This document shows positions 7,999 through 18,214 of a stretch of 64,000 nt of DNA, one piece after another. The notes beneath the pieces are model-generated. The model did no database searches. It was given only the letters and a program-made list of their open reading frames with translations, and was not told the origin of the DNA. The translations under genes and the position numbers were made by a program. The stretch comes from Chloroflexota bacterium (GTDB lineage: Bacteria; Chloroflexota; Anaerolineae; Aggregatilineales; Ch27): NCBI GenBank assembly GCA_019873685.1, contig JAIOAT010000003.1, positions 1,207-65,206 of the forward strand, written 5' to 3'. Positions within the stretch are counted from its first letter, which is position 1. Each line of letters opens with the position of its first letter.

Positions 7999-8976
7999 TC
8001 ACCTCCTTTCATTTGCTGTGTCAGTTGTGTAGGTAAACCGTATCAGGATATCCTGCGGGTAATTGCCAAACTTCCTGCCAAATAAGTTGAGACCGCCAAC
8101 ATTCAGGGCATCGTTCTTGATGCCCAACCGCATGGCAATAAAACTGTTCTGCCCAAGATTCAGGTGCTTGAGCGTCACATCGGAAACCTGGATGCCGTCC
8201 ACATACGTCCCATGACCGGTGATTTTCCACACCTTCAGAAGGCCATACTGCGTGCTCCAGTCCTCCCACCAGGCCGGGGTCAAATTGCCCCGCAACCCGC
8301 CGAAATCGCCGGGGCTGGTCCATGTGCCAATCTCCACGCCGTTGATCCACATGGTGATGTCAGAAGGCCAGTTATCGTTATACAGTGGCGCCTCTGAACA
8401 CAGTTCCAGGCTAATCTGCAGGAATTCGAGCACTGCGCCTTGCGGCGGTCGATTGGGAAAGCGATACTCCACGTAGCCCTGCTTGAACCAGAGCAACTGG
8501 GCGTAGATGTGGTCAGGATCATAGAAGCTGGTCGGATCATCGAACTGACCGATCACGCCGGATTCGCTGGCCAGGCCGCACGGGTGTTGCACCTGACAGT
8601 CGGTATAGGCGCCAATAGGCATCTCAAGCTCGATCGTGTTCTGCGTGTGCTCCTTGGCCTTGGGCAAGGTCACCACAAGCTGATCACAGATGCGGTAACA
8701 TACCTTCTGCAACCCCCGGCTGGCCGGGGTCAGTTCGGTGTGGATCAAGCCAGCCCGTTCCAGCACGTTAATGTGCATCGTGACGGTTGACGTTGGCATA
8801 TCCAGCGCCTCGGCGATCTCGTTGATGCTGCAGTTACGATTGGTCAGAAGACGCAGGATTTGCAGCCGGGGTTCGGAACCCAATGCCTTGAAAAGCACGG
8901 CTCCACTGGCAGCGTCCTGATCAAGTTGTACAACATGCACACTGCCGATGGACTTGAGGTGTTTTCTGGCGGTCAC
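7999..8976 (-). CDS. ArsR-family regulator with C-terminal ligand-binding domain (COG4189-like)
   Basis: KALGSEPRLQILRLL HTH; CGLASE, SLELCSEAP, WTSPGDFG, TQYGLLK motifs. Confidence 0.88.
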   Translation of the reverse strand: MTARKHLKSIGSVHVVQLDQDAASGAVLFKALGSEPRLQILRLLTNRNCSINEIAEALDMPTSTVTMHINVLERAGLIHTELTPASRGLQKVCYRICDQLVVTLPKAKEHTQNTIELEMPIGAYTDCQVQHPCGLASESGVIGQFDDPTSFYDPDHIYAQLLWFKQGYVEYRFPNRPPQGAVLEFLQISLELCSEAPLYNDNWPSDITMWINGVEIGTWTSPGDFGGLRGNLTPAWWEDWSTQYGLLKVWKITGHGTYVDGIQVSDVTLKHLNLGQNSFIAMRLGIKNDALNVGGLNLFGRKFGNYPQDILIRFTYTTDTANERR

Positions 8977-9122
8977 GGTATTCTTTCCGTGCTATCCCTG
9001 CTTACACGAAACGCTTTTTCGCCAGCGCCCATCACTGAAACAATTAATCCTGCTTCATTCTGGGGTAGTTCGACAAAGCAGTGGTAAAATGGTTGGCAAT
9101 TGCTACAACTGAAACAGGAAAA

Positions 9123-9167
9123 CATACTTTATAATTTCAAAGTATGGTCAATCCACAGTTTTGTCAA
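9123..9167 (-). promoter_or_regulatory. Sigma70-type promoter with overlapping palindromic operator
   Basis: Minus strand TTGACA (9167-9162)-N17-TACTTT (9144-9139); inverted repeat CATACTTT-N8-AAAGTATG at 9123-9146. Confidence 0.6.
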
Positions 9168-9319
9168 GCACTTAACAGCGGGTTGGGTTACTTCACACAA
9201 TATTAGGCACATTGACCAAATTGCTATTAACAGATCGAATCCTGTTTGTTATGTACTCTACACAATACCGCCAATCGTTTAACCTGCCGCTTATCCCGGC
9301 GGCTAGAAGGAGCTTGAGC

Positions 9320-11128
9320 ATGATGAAACGCCTTGCCACTGTCCTCACCTGTCTGACTGCCCTGGCGGGACTTTCCGCCCTGGTGCCTGCCCGGGCCCAG
9401 GGCGATGGGCTGACCACCCGCTGGGCGCGGGATGTCTCCCCGGACAACGTCCACCCGGAATACCCCCGCCCGCAACTCGTGCGGGAAGCCTGGCTCAACC
9501 TGAATGGCCTGTGGGACTACGCCCTGACCGCCCGGATCGCCGAAGCGCCGCAGGAGTATCGCGGCCAGATTCTGGTGCCTTTCCCGGTGGAATCGGAGCT
9601 ATCCGGCGTTGGGATGACACTGAGCGTCAACAACCAGTTGTGGTACCGACGCACCTTTGACGTGCCCGCCGCCTGGGCCGGGCAGCGGGTCCTGCTTCAC
9701 TTTGGCGCGGTGGACTGGGAGACCGTGGTCTGGGTCAACGGCGTTGAAGTCGGTACGCACCAGGGAGGCTACGACTCGTTCACGTTTGACATCACCGATG
9801 CCCTCAAACCAGAAGGCCCCCAGGAGATTCTGGTCGCCGTCTGGGACCCCACTGACATCGGCCTGCAACCACGGGGCAAGCAGGTCGCCCGTCCCCAGGG
9901 CATCTGGTACACACCCACCACCGGCATCTGGCAAACGGTCTGGTTGGAACCCGTCCCCGCCACATACATCGCCGGTCTGAAGATGACGCCCGACATTGAC
10001 CGGGGCGTGCTTGCCTTGCAGACGACGCTTTCGGGCGCTGCGGAGACGCTGGCGATTGAGGCTATCGCCCGCGACGGAGACGCCATCGTCGCTGAGGCCA
10101 AGGGGGCGGCAGATCAAACGCTCGAACTGACCATCTCCAACCCCCGACTGTGGTCACCCGAATCCCCGCATCTCTACGACCTTGAGGTCAGGCTGCTACA
10201 GGACGGTCAGGTCGTGGACCGCGTCGGCAGCTACTTTGGCCTGCGCAAGATCGCACTGGGTACGGACGACAATGGTGTGGTGCGCCTGTACCTCAATAAC
10301 GCGCCTCTGTTCCACTTCGGTCTGCTGGATCAGGGCTTCTGGCCAGACGGCCTCTATACCGCCCCTACTGATGAGGCGCTGCGCTACGACATCGAGATCA
10401 CCCGTCAGCTTGGCTTCAATACCATCCGCAAGCACGTCAAGGTTGAGCCTGAGCGCTGGTACTACTGGGCGGACAAGCTGGGCGTGCTGGTCTGGCAGGA
10501 TATGCCCAGCGGCGACGCCTTTGTCCAGCCCAACAACGGCGAGATCACCCGCCTGCCAGTTTCCGCCCAGCAGTTCGAGGTGGAACTTGCCCGACTGGTA
10601 GAGACGCACTACAACCACCCGTCGATCGTCATGTGGGTGCTCTTCAACGAGGGCTGGGGACAGTACGACACCGTGCGTCTGACCCAGTGGCTTGAGAACG
10701 CTGATCCGACCCGGCTGGTCAACAGCGCCAGCGGCTGGAACGATTTCGGCGTCGGCGATGTCTACGACATTCACAGCTATCCGGGCCCGGATATGCCGCC
10801 CCTCTCCGCCGATCGGGCGGCAGTGCTGGGCGAATTCGGCGGTCTGGGGTTGCCCGTTGCGGGGCATCTGTGGCAGGAATATGGCGCCTGGGGCTACCGC
10901 GCCTTTGAGGATGCTGCAGCGCTGCAGGAAGCCTACAGCGGCCTGTTGACCCGTCTGGCCGATCTGCAGGAGCGTGGCCTGGCGGCGGCCATCTACACCC
11001 AGACCACCGACGTGGAAATCGAGGTCAACGGTATCATGACCTATGACCGCGCGGTGATCAAAATGGACGCGGACTGGCTGAGGGAGGCCAACCGGCGTAT
11101 CATCCCGCCTGTGGCGGACGCATCCTGA
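9320..11128 (+). CDS. Secreted glycoside hydrolase family 2
   Basis: AGAAGGAG RBS; signal peptide PARA-Q; EYPRPQ, LHFGAVD, LDQGFWPDG, GFNTIRKHVK, WVLFNEGWGQ, GEFGG. Confidence 0.92.
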   Translation: MMKRLATVLTCLTALAGLSALVPARAQGDGLTTRWARDVSPDNVHPEYPRPQLVREAWLNLNGLWDYALTARIAEAPQEYRGQILVPFPVESELSGVGMTLSVNNQLWYRRTFDVPAAWAGQRVLLHFGAVDWETVVWVNGVEVGTHQGGYDSFTFDITDALKPEGPQEILVAVWDPTDIGLQPRGKQVARPQGIWYTPTTGIWQTVWLEPVPATYIAGLKMTPDIDRGVLALQTTLSGAAETLAIEAIARDGDAIVAEAKGAADQTLELTISNPRLWSPESPHLYDLEVRLLQDGQVVDRVGSYFGLRKIALGTDDNGVVRLYLNNAPLFHFGLLDQGFWPDGLYTAPTDEALRYDIEITRQLGFNTIRKHVKVEPERWYYWADKLGVLVWQDMPSGDAFVQPNNGEITRLPVSAQQFEVELARLVETHYNHPSIVMWVLFNEGWGQYDTVRLTQWLENADPTRLVNSASGWNDFGVGDVYDIHSYPGPDMPPLSADRAAVLGEFGGLGLPVAGHLWQEYGAWGYRAFEDAAALQEAYSGLLTRLADLQERGLAAAIYTQTTDVEIEVNGIMTYDRAVIKMDADWLREANRRIIPPVADAS

Positions 11129-11264
11129 TCAACGCCATCCAGCAGCGGCAAGGCTCCCGGGTCGTTCGCCTCAGGTGATGCGCCCCGGGAGCCTTCCCGA
11201 CCGCCAGAACCCGCAAGTGTTTCGTTCCCCGTAGCTGTGCCGCGGGGAACGTGGAAGATCACGG

Positions 11265-12206
11265 ATGAATCCTATGCCCCGCTTTCCCATACTCAGCACG
11301 CCCCAACGGCTGGCCCGCCTGGAACCACCCACTGGTCGGGTGCGGGCCGTGCTGGATACCGACACCTTTAACGAGATCGATGACCAGTTCGCCCTGGTCT
11401 ACGCCCTGCTCTCCCCGGAGCGGATCGCCCTCGAGGCGATCTACGCCGCGCCATTCCACAACGATCGGTCAACCGGCCCCGCTGATGGCATGGAGAAGAG
11501 CTACCAGGAGATCCTTCGCCTGCTGGACAAGCTGGACCGGTCGCCGGAGGGCTTTGTCTACCGGGGATCGCCGGGCTTCCTGGACTCCTTGCTGACGCCT
11601 TTCCCCAGCGCCGCGGCTCTGGATCTGGTGACGCGGGCGCAGCAGAGCGCCCCCGACGATCCGCTGTTTGTTATGGCCATCGGCGCGATCACTGACGTTG
11701 CCTCGGCGCTCCTGATCGCCCCGGAGATCATCGACCGGATCGTGGTTGTGTGGCTTGGCGGACATGCCCTGCACTGGCCACATACCCGCGAGTTCAATCT
11801 CGCTCAGGATGTCCATGCCGCCCGCCTCGTCTTCAACAGCGGCGTGCCGCTGGTGCAGCTCCCCTGCCTGGGGGTGATCTCCCACCTGTTGACGACAGTT
11901 GCCGAGATCGAGCAATACGTCCGCGGTCAGGGAGCCATCGGCGACTACCTGGCGGATATCTTCGCCGCGTACGAAAGCGATCACTTCGGCTGGTCAAAAG
12001 TCCTGTGGGATATCGCCGCGGTGGCCTATCTGGTCAACCCCGGCTGGCTGGAATCGCACCTGGTTCCCAGCCCGCTGCCGACCGATCAGCTGACGTGGTC
12101 ACACGACCCGACGCGGCACTTCATCCGCTATGTCAGCTACGTCCACCGTGATCCGATCTACCGCGATCTGTTCACTAAGCTGCGCCGCGTCGCTAACGGC
12201 GACTGA
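11265..12206 (+). CDS. Nucleoside hydrolase (inosine/uridine-preferring family)
   Basis: DTDTFNEIDDQFA aspartate cluster; EFNLAQD; LWD. Confidence 0.88.
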   Translation: MNPMPRFPILSTPQRLARLEPPTGRVRAVLDTDTFNEIDDQFALVYALLSPERIALEAIYAAPFHNDRSTGPADGMEKSYQEILRLLDKLDRSPEGFVYRGSPGFLDSLLTPFPSAAALDLVTRAQQSAPDDPLFVMAIGAITDVASALLIAPEIIDRIVVVWLGGHALHWPHTREFNLAQDVHAARLVFNSGVPLVQLPCLGVISHLLTTVAEIEQYVRGQGAIGDYLADIFAAYESDHFGWSKVLWDIAAVAYLVNPGWLESHLVPSPLPTDQLTWSHDPTRHFIRYVSYVHRDPIYRDLFTKLRRVANGD

Positions 12207-12248
12207 TCGAGGCGGCCATTGCCGCGCGGCAATACCCTCCAGCCAGAT

Positions 12249-13496
12249 TCAGGGCGCAAACGCCTGGTGCCTGGCCGGGTCAAGCTCCATGCCCGCCGCC
12301 GTCAGTTCCCCGCGTAGACGTGTGATGTCCACTGCCCGAATGTTGTCGGCGGCGCTCTCCAGCGCCAGGGCTGCCGTCGTCCCTGCCGCCTGGCCCATCG
12401 CGCAACACGTCGGCGTCATTCGGAAGCTGCTCTGGGCCACCTGATCACCGCTGGCGCATTTGCCCGCCATCAGCAGGTTGGCAAACCCTCTGGCGATCAG
12501 GCAGCGCAACGGGATCGCGTACGGTTCAACGCGCTGCCGCCGTCCGGCGTCACCCGCCTGAGTCAGGCTGTGGAAATCGATCTGGCAGGTCCCCACCGCC
12601 ACCCCGTCAGCCTGATCGCGCGGCCCCGCGCCAGTAATATCAGCTTCGGTGAGCACATAGTCGCCGAGGATCCGCCGCCCTTCACGGATGCCGATCTTGG
12701 CACCCGAGGCGCAGAGCATGTACGTGGGGTAATGAAAGCGCTGCAGATAGTGCACCGTCCGGATGAGCTGGCGGCGCGCCTCGCGCTCAGCAGCGCTCAG
12801 GTCAAAGGGATCGGTTGGATCGTAGGCCATCACCTTGGTCATATTGCAGTACACCCGCCCATCCGGCAGCCGGTGGTAAGTCCGCAGGCCGGGCAGGTCT
12901 TCGGGCCGGTCAATAGGGGATAAACCGGGCGGCAGGTAAGGCGTCACCGGCTGGCCGGTATCATGGAGCAGGCAGGTCAGACTCATATGCAGCGTGCGCC
13001 CTGTGGCCGGGTCGCCCAGCATGAACTGCGCCCCGGCCAGGGCAGCCAGATCGCCCTCGCCAGTGGCATCGATGAAATAGCGCGCCGTGACCTCAATCGC
13101 CTGGCTGCACGCCACCACCCGGACACGGTGTACCTGCCCGTCCCCGGCCACCGCGTCGATCACGCTAGCGTGAAACAGCACCTCAACGCCAGCTTCTTCA
13201 ACCATCAGTTGCCAGACGATCTTCAGATATTCCGGGTTATAGAAGCGGCCAAAGCGCGCCCCAAAGGCATCCAGTTCGCGGACTACCCTGGCGAAGATAT
13301 CTCCCAGCCCCTCCAGCGAGGCAAACCACTCGTTAACTCCGCCGGTAGTAGAGACGCCCCCCAGACAGTTGCTTTCCTCCACCAGCAGGACACGGTGCCC
13401 GCGCCGCGCAGCAGCAATGGCAGCGGCGCAGCCGGCCGTCCCCCCGCCCGCCACAACAACGTCCACATCCACCGTACGGTCGAAGATCGCCATCAT
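12249..13496 (-). CDS. FAD-dependent oxidoreductase (FAD_oxidored family)
   Basis: DVVVAGGGTAG, IDATGEGD, GIREGRRI, FRMTPTCCAMGQAAG. Confidence 0.88.
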   Translation of the reverse strand: MMAIFDRTVDVDVVVAGGGTAGCAAAIAAARRGHRVLLVEESNCLGGVSTTGGVNEWFASLEGLGDIFARVVRELDAFGARFGRFYNPEYLKIVWQLMVEEAGVEVLFHASVIDAVAGDGQVHRVRVVACSQAIEVTARYFIDATGEGDLAALAGAQFMLGDPATGRTLHMSLTCLLHDTGQPVTPYLPPGLSPIDRPEDLPGLRTYHRLPDGRVYCNMTKVMAYDPTDPFDLSAAEREARRQLIRTVHYLQRFHYPTYMLCASGAKIGIREGRRILGDYVLTEADITGAGPRDQADGVAVGTCQIDFHSLTQAGDAGRRQRVEPYAIPLRCLIARGFANLLMAGKCASGDQVAQSSFRMTPTCCAMGQAAGTTAALALESAADNIRAVDITRLRGELTAAGMELDPARHQAFAP

Positions 13497-13572
13497 CTCC
13501 TCCGTGATTAGCCCGGCGCCGCCATTCTTGCATTACCTACAACGGGCCTGTGAAATCTGCCCAAGAACCTAC

Positions 13573-13633
13573 TTGACACGCGCCTGAATGTCATCATAAA
13601 ATCATTGTAAGAGCTTACACGAAAGCACTTACA
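13573..13633 (+). promoter_or_regulatory. Promoter and tandem LacI-type operators
   Basis: TTGACA 13573-13578, TAAAAT 13597-13602; palindrome TGTAAGAGCTTACA 13606-13619 followed by CGAAAGCACTTACA. Confidence 0.7.
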
Positions 13634-13657
13634 GACGCAACAGCCGGTGTTTGTTTG

Positions 13658-14680
13658 ATGCCTGACAAGAAAGACAGTCCCGCCACGATTTATGATGTCG
13701 CCCGCCAGGCCGGCGTGAGCATCGCCACCGTCTCGCGGGTACTGAATTCACCGGAACGGGTGAGCGAAAGCACCCGCCAGAAAGTCATGGCGGCCATTGA
13801 TGCACTGGGCTTTGTCCCCAAGGCGGAAGCCAGGGCACGCGCCATGCAGAGCACCGGCCGGATCGGCGTGATCACGCCGTTCTTTACCTCGCCTTCGTTC
13901 GTCGACCGCCTGCGCGGAATTGCCTCTGCCCTGGCCAATTCACGCTATGAGCTGGTCATCTACACGGTCGACTCCATGGCCCGTCTGCAGGGCTATCTCT
14001 CTACCCTGCCGATCACGGGCAATGTGGATGGGCTGATCCTGCTCTCCCTGCCCCTTGCGGAAGATGCTGCCCAGCGCCTGCTGAGCAGCCAGATTCAGAC
14101 CGTACTGGTCGAGCAGATCCATCCCAGGTTTAGCTCCATTGTGGTGCAGGATCGAATCGGCGGTCGGCTGGCCGCCCAACATCTGGTCAGTCTGGGCCAC
14201 CGCCGCTGCGCTTATGTCTACTTCGGGCAGCACCCGGAATACGCCATCCACCCGGAAATCGACCGGCTGGCGGGCTTCCGGGAAGTGCTGGCGGAACACG
14301 GGCTATCCTTGCCTGATGCGTACATCAAGTACCTACCTGTCTCGCGGGTCGGCATTAAGGAGAAGCTTTGCGAGCTATTCGAATTGCCGGAACCGCCCAC
14401 CGCGATCTTCGCCCCGGCGGATGACCTGGCGATCCGGGTGATTCACCGGGCGCGGGAACTGGGCGTTCACACCCCGCGCGACATCTCTGTGATCGGGTTT
14501 GACGGCATTGACATCGCCGAACACGTCGATCTGACGACGATCGATCAGTCGCTAGTCAGGTCCGGCGAACTGGCCGTCGAACTGCTGCTGGCCCGGCTGG
14601 CCGAACCATCGCGCCCTCCACAACAGATTCGCATCCAACTTCACCTTGTCGAACGCGGCACAACACGCCGGGTCGAATAG
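13658..14680 (+). CDS. LacI-family transcriptional regulator
   Basis: TIYDVARQAGVSIATVSRVLN; ISVIGFD. Confidence 0.95.
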   Translation: MPDKKDSPATIYDVARQAGVSIATVSRVLNSPERVSESTRQKVMAAIDALGFVPKAEARARAMQSTGRIGVITPFFTSPSFVDRLRGIASALANSRYELVIYTVDSMARLQGYLSTLPITGNVDGLILLSLPLAEDAAQRLLSSQIQTVLVEQIHPRFSSIVVQDRIGGRLAAQHLVSLGHRRCAYVYFGQHPEYAIHPEIDRLAGFREVLAEHGLSLPDAYIKYLPVSRVGIKEKLCELFELPEPPTAIFAPADDLAIRVIHRARELGVHTPRDISVIGFDGIDIAEHVDLTTIDQSLVRSGELAVELLLARLAEPSRPPQQIRIQLHLVERGTTRRVE

Positions 14681-14829
14681 CTTTTCCAGGCGGGTAAGCA
14701 AGAAAGGAGGCTACCCTCAGCAGTCAGGACAGAGTCGCTTTCCAGCCAATGTCGTGAGCGTTATGCGCAGCAGTACTCCGCCAAGAGGCATAACAAAGCG
14801 TTCTTCCCCCGAATAAGGAGGCGTTTTCA

Positions 14830-16182
14830 ATGTTCGGCTCCAAATCAAGAACCGTTCTGGCCGTGCTGGCGATCATCCTGGTCGCTGTAGCGTTCCCGAT
14901 TCAGCGGACTTCCCAGGCTCAGGGCGAAGTCACCGGCACGTTGAATGTGATGGGCTTCAGCCTGCCTGATGAGATCGCTACTGTGCGCGTCGATCAGTTC
15001 AAGGCGGCTTATCCTGATGTGACGGTGAACATCACCGAAGGCGCCCTGGATGAGCAGCAGTTCCTCACGGCTATCGCCAGCGGCAACGCCCCGGATGTGG
15101 TCTACATGGGCCGCGACGTCCTCAGCTCCTACGCTGTCCGCGGCGCGATTGTCCCGCTGACCGAGTGCATCGACAGCATGGGCATCGACATGAGCCAGTA
15201 CCGCGAGGCGGCGGTCGCCCAGGTCACCGTTAACGGTGAAGTCTACGGCATCCCGGAGTTCTTCAACAGCATCATGCTCTTCATCAACAACAAGGCGCTG
15301 GCGGATGCTGGCCTGACGCTGGATGACGTTGATGTCTCCGATTGGGACAAGGTCGCCGAGATCAATCAGGCCCTGACCCGCATTGAAGACGGCACGTTGA
15401 CCCGCATCGGCTTTGACCCCAAGCTGCCTGAATTCCTGCCGCTGTGGGCGAAGGCTAACGGCGTCTCCCTGCTCTCGGAAGACGGCCGCACGGCTCAACT
15501 GAATGACCCGCGCGTGCTGGAGGCCCTGCAGTTCACCGTTGGCCTGCATGAGCCAGCGGGCGGCCGCCAGGCCTTCATGGCCTTCCGCGACACCTGGGAC
15601 TTCTTTGGCGCCCAGAACCAGATGGTCTCCGACCAGCTCGGTGTCTTCCCGATGGAACAGTGGTACATGAACGTCCTGGCTAACGTCTCGCCGGATGCAG
15701 ACATTACGTTCAAGGCGTTCACCGACCGCGAAGGCAACCCGCTGACCTATGTCACCGGCAACACCTGGGCTATCCCGCGCGGCTCCGCCAACCCTGAGGC
15801 GGCCTGCGCCTGGATGAAGACCATGACCTCGGTCGATACCTGGGTTGCCGCGGCAACCACCCGCGCGCAGATGCGCGCCGAGGCTGGCACGATCAACACC
15901 GGCGTCTACACCGCTAATCGCGCCGCCGACGAAGTGATCTTCTCCGAGATCGTCCTGCCTGCGCTCACTAACGAAACCTTCAAGACCGGCGTGGAAGTCA
16001 TCCTGTCCGTCCAGGACAGCGCCTACGCCATCCCCGCCAACCCCGCCGCTGCTGAGTTCAAGCAGGCCTGGCAGGATGCCGTCAACCGTGTCCTGAACGG
16101 CGAACAGACGGCGGAAGAAGCGCTGGCCCAGGCGCAGGAAGAAGCTCAGGCCGCGCTTGACGAGGCATGGAGCCAGCAGTAA
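14830..16182 (+). CDS. Sugar ABC transporter solute-binding protein
   Basis: TAAGGAGG RBS; signal peptide SQA-Q; IASGNAPDV, VYGIP. Confidence 0.92.
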   Translation: MFGSKSRTVLAVLAIILVAVAFPIQRTSQAQGEVTGTLNVMGFSLPDEIATVRVDQFKAAYPDVTVNITEGALDEQQFLTAIASGNAPDVVYMGRDVLSSYAVRGAIVPLTECIDSMGIDMSQYREAAVAQVTVNGEVYGIPEFFNSIMLFINNKALADAGLTLDDVDVSDWDKVAEINQALTRIEDGTLTRIGFDPKLPEFLPLWAKANGVSLLSEDGRTAQLNDPRVLEALQFTVGLHEPAGGRQAFMAFRDTWDFFGAQNQMVSDQLGVFPMEQWYMNVLANVSPDADITFKAFTDREGNPLTYVTGNTWAIPRGSANPEAACAWMKTMTSVDTWVAAATTRAQMRAEAGTINTGVYTANRAADEVIFSEIVLPALTNETFKTGVEVILSVQDSAYAIPANPAAAEFKQAWQDAVNRVLNGEQTAEEALAQAQEEAQAALDEAWSQQ

Positions 16183-16187
16183 ACCCG

Positions 16188-17126
16188 ATGACGCAGCAAT
16201 CAGCAGTAGTGGTCCGCCCCTTCGGGCGGACCACTCCCCTCCAACGCAACGAGATGCTGGCCGGGCTGGCGTTCATTTCGCCCTGGTTCATCGGCTTTCT
16301 GGTTTTCACCGCCGGGCCGATGATCGCCAGTCTGGGGCTGGCCTTTACCGAGTACGACGTGCTCAACCCGCCCAAATTCGTCGGCCTGCAAAACTTCCAG
16401 CGGCTGCTGACCGACCCCCGGCTGGGATTGAGCCTGGGCAACTCGATCTTCTATACCGTGCTGCATGTCCCGCTCGTGATGATGGTAGCCCTGGGGCTGG
16501 CCCTGCTGCTGAACCGGGTAGGCAAAGCCGCCGGTTTCTTCCGCACGGTGTTTTACCTGCCATCGATCACGCCAGCGGTCGCCGTCGGGGCGCTGTGGCT
16601 GTGGATCCTCAACCCGCGCATCGGCCTGATCAATCGCGGTCTGGCCCTGCTGGGCATCGCCGGGCCGGGCTGGACGACCGACCCGAACTGGATCAAGCCG
16701 GGCATTGTCCTGATGAGCCTGTGGAGCGTCGGTAGCACGGTGATCCTGTACCTGGCTGCCCTGCGCAACGTGCCGCCTGAACTGTACGAAGCCGCCCGCA
16801 TCGACGGTGCGAATGGCTGGCAGCAGTTCCGCCACATCACCATTCCCATGATCAGCGGCACGGTTTTCTTCACCCTGGTGGTCAACACCATCGCTTCCCT
16901 GCAGATTTTCACTGAAGTCTATACCATGTACTTCGGCAACATGAACTCCGGCGCGGCGGCTTCCGCCGGCCTGTTCTATAACATTTACCTGTTCCGCCAG
17001 GCATTCGAGTTTCTGCGCATGGGGTATGCCTCGGCCATGGCCTGGCTGCTGTTCGTCATCATCATGATCCTGACCGTGATTCAGCTCCGGACCAGCAACC
17101 GCTGGGTGTACTACGAAGGAGCGTAA
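16188..17126 (+). CDS. Carbohydrate ABC transporter permease
   Basis: LYEAARIDGA; MGYASAMAW. Confidence 0.93.
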   Translation: MTQQSAVVVRPFGRTTPLQRNEMLAGLAFISPWFIGFLVFTAGPMIASLGLAFTEYDVLNPPKFVGLQNFQRLLTDPRLGLSLGNSIFYTVLHVPLVMMVALGLALLLNRVGKAAGFFRTVFYLPSITPAVAVGALWLWILNPRIGLINRGLALLGIAGPGWTTDPNWIKPGIVLMSLWSVGSTVILYLAALRNVPPELYEAARIDGANGWQQFRHITIPMISGTVFFTLVVNTIASLQIFTEVYTMYFGNMNSGAAASAGLFYNIYLFRQAFEFLRMGYASAMAWLLFVIIMILTVIQLRTSNRWVYYEGA

Positions 17127-17128
17127 CC

Positions 17129-18031
17129 ATGGCCGCAAGCACACCTGAAACCCTCGCCGACATCCGGCGGCAGCAGGCACAGCGCCTGCGCCAGGCGGAG
17201 ATCCGCCGCCTGCTGGCGCGTATCGTCTTCATCGCGCTGCTGATCGGCTGCACGATCATGTTCATGGCGCCGTTTGTCTGGCTGATCAGCGCATCGCTGA
17301 AGGTCCGCGCCGAAGTCTTCAACAACGAATTGATTCCGGATCCGATCGCCTGGGAGAACTACATCAACGTCTGGCAGGCCGCGCCGGTGCTGGCCTGGCT
17401 CAAGAACAGCGTGATCGTCGGCTTCCTGGCCGCTGCCACGGTGACGTTGAGCTGCGCGGCGATTGCGTTCGGCTTCTCCTACTTCCGTTTTCCGGGTCGG
17501 GATACGCTGTTCGGGTTGGTTCTGGCGACGATGATGTTGCCCGGCGCAGTGACGATGGTGCCGGTATTTCTGGTCTGGAACGGGCTGGGCCTGGTCAACA
17601 CCCAGGTTCCTCTGTGGGCCGGCAATCTGTTCGGTTCGGCCTTTTACATCTTCATGATCCGGCAGTTCTATCTCTCGCTGCCCAGAGAGCTATTTGAAGC
17701 GGCGCGTGTTGACGGCGCCAGTTACCTGCAAATCTGGCGGCACATCGCCCTGCCGCTGACACGCACAGCGCTGATCGTGGTCTTCATCTTCGAGTTCAAG
17801 GCAAGCTGGACAGACCTGATCAAGCCGCTGATCTACCTGTACAACACCGCCCTCTTCACCCTGCCGCGCGGCCTGAAAGCCATTCTGGATCAGTTCGGCC
17901 AGGGCGGTGAGATGCAGTGGGAGATCGTCCTGGCGGCCAGCGTGATCGTCACGATCCCCATGATCGTGATCTTCTTCCTGGGGCAGCGCTACTTCATGGA
18001 GGGCATCGCCACCAGCGGCCTCAAGGGCTAA
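17129..18031 (+). CDS. Carbohydrate ABC transporter permease
   Basis: ELFEAARVDGA; C-terminal GIATSGLKG. Confidence 0.93.
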   Translation: MAASTPETLADIRRQQAQRLRQAEIRRLLARIVFIALLIGCTIMFMAPFVWLISASLKVRAEVFNNELIPDPIAWENYINVWQAAPVLAWLKNSVIVGFLAAATVTLSCAAIAFGFSYFRFPGRDTLFGLVLATMMLPGAVTMVPVFLVWNGLGLVNTQVPLWAGNLFGSAFYIFMIRQFYLSLPRELFEAARVDGASYLQIWRHIALPLTRTALIVVFIFEFKASWTDLIKPLIYLYNTALFTLPRGLKAILDQFGQGGEMQWEIVLAASVIVTIPMIVIFFLGQRYFMEGIATSGLKG

Positions 18032-18214
18032 CCGGCCAGCCAGGGACCACTCGCGCCAGCTACTCCAGCATTTCCGTCAGTGTAGCTAACGCATGGATGG
18101 ATGGTATGCTCTGGCTGCGCCGCCCCGGCGTATGCCCGTCACCGGGATCGGCAATCATGCTCCTGTGCTCAGTGCACGCCGGATAGTCGTCCGGCGTTTG
18201 TGAGGGTGATTTAC

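Noticed and set aside
9033-9114. Two ACTGAAAC matches to the CRISPR repeat 3' end in the arsR/GH2 intergenic region
   Set aside because: No hairpin or other repeat similarity; short AT-rich matches.
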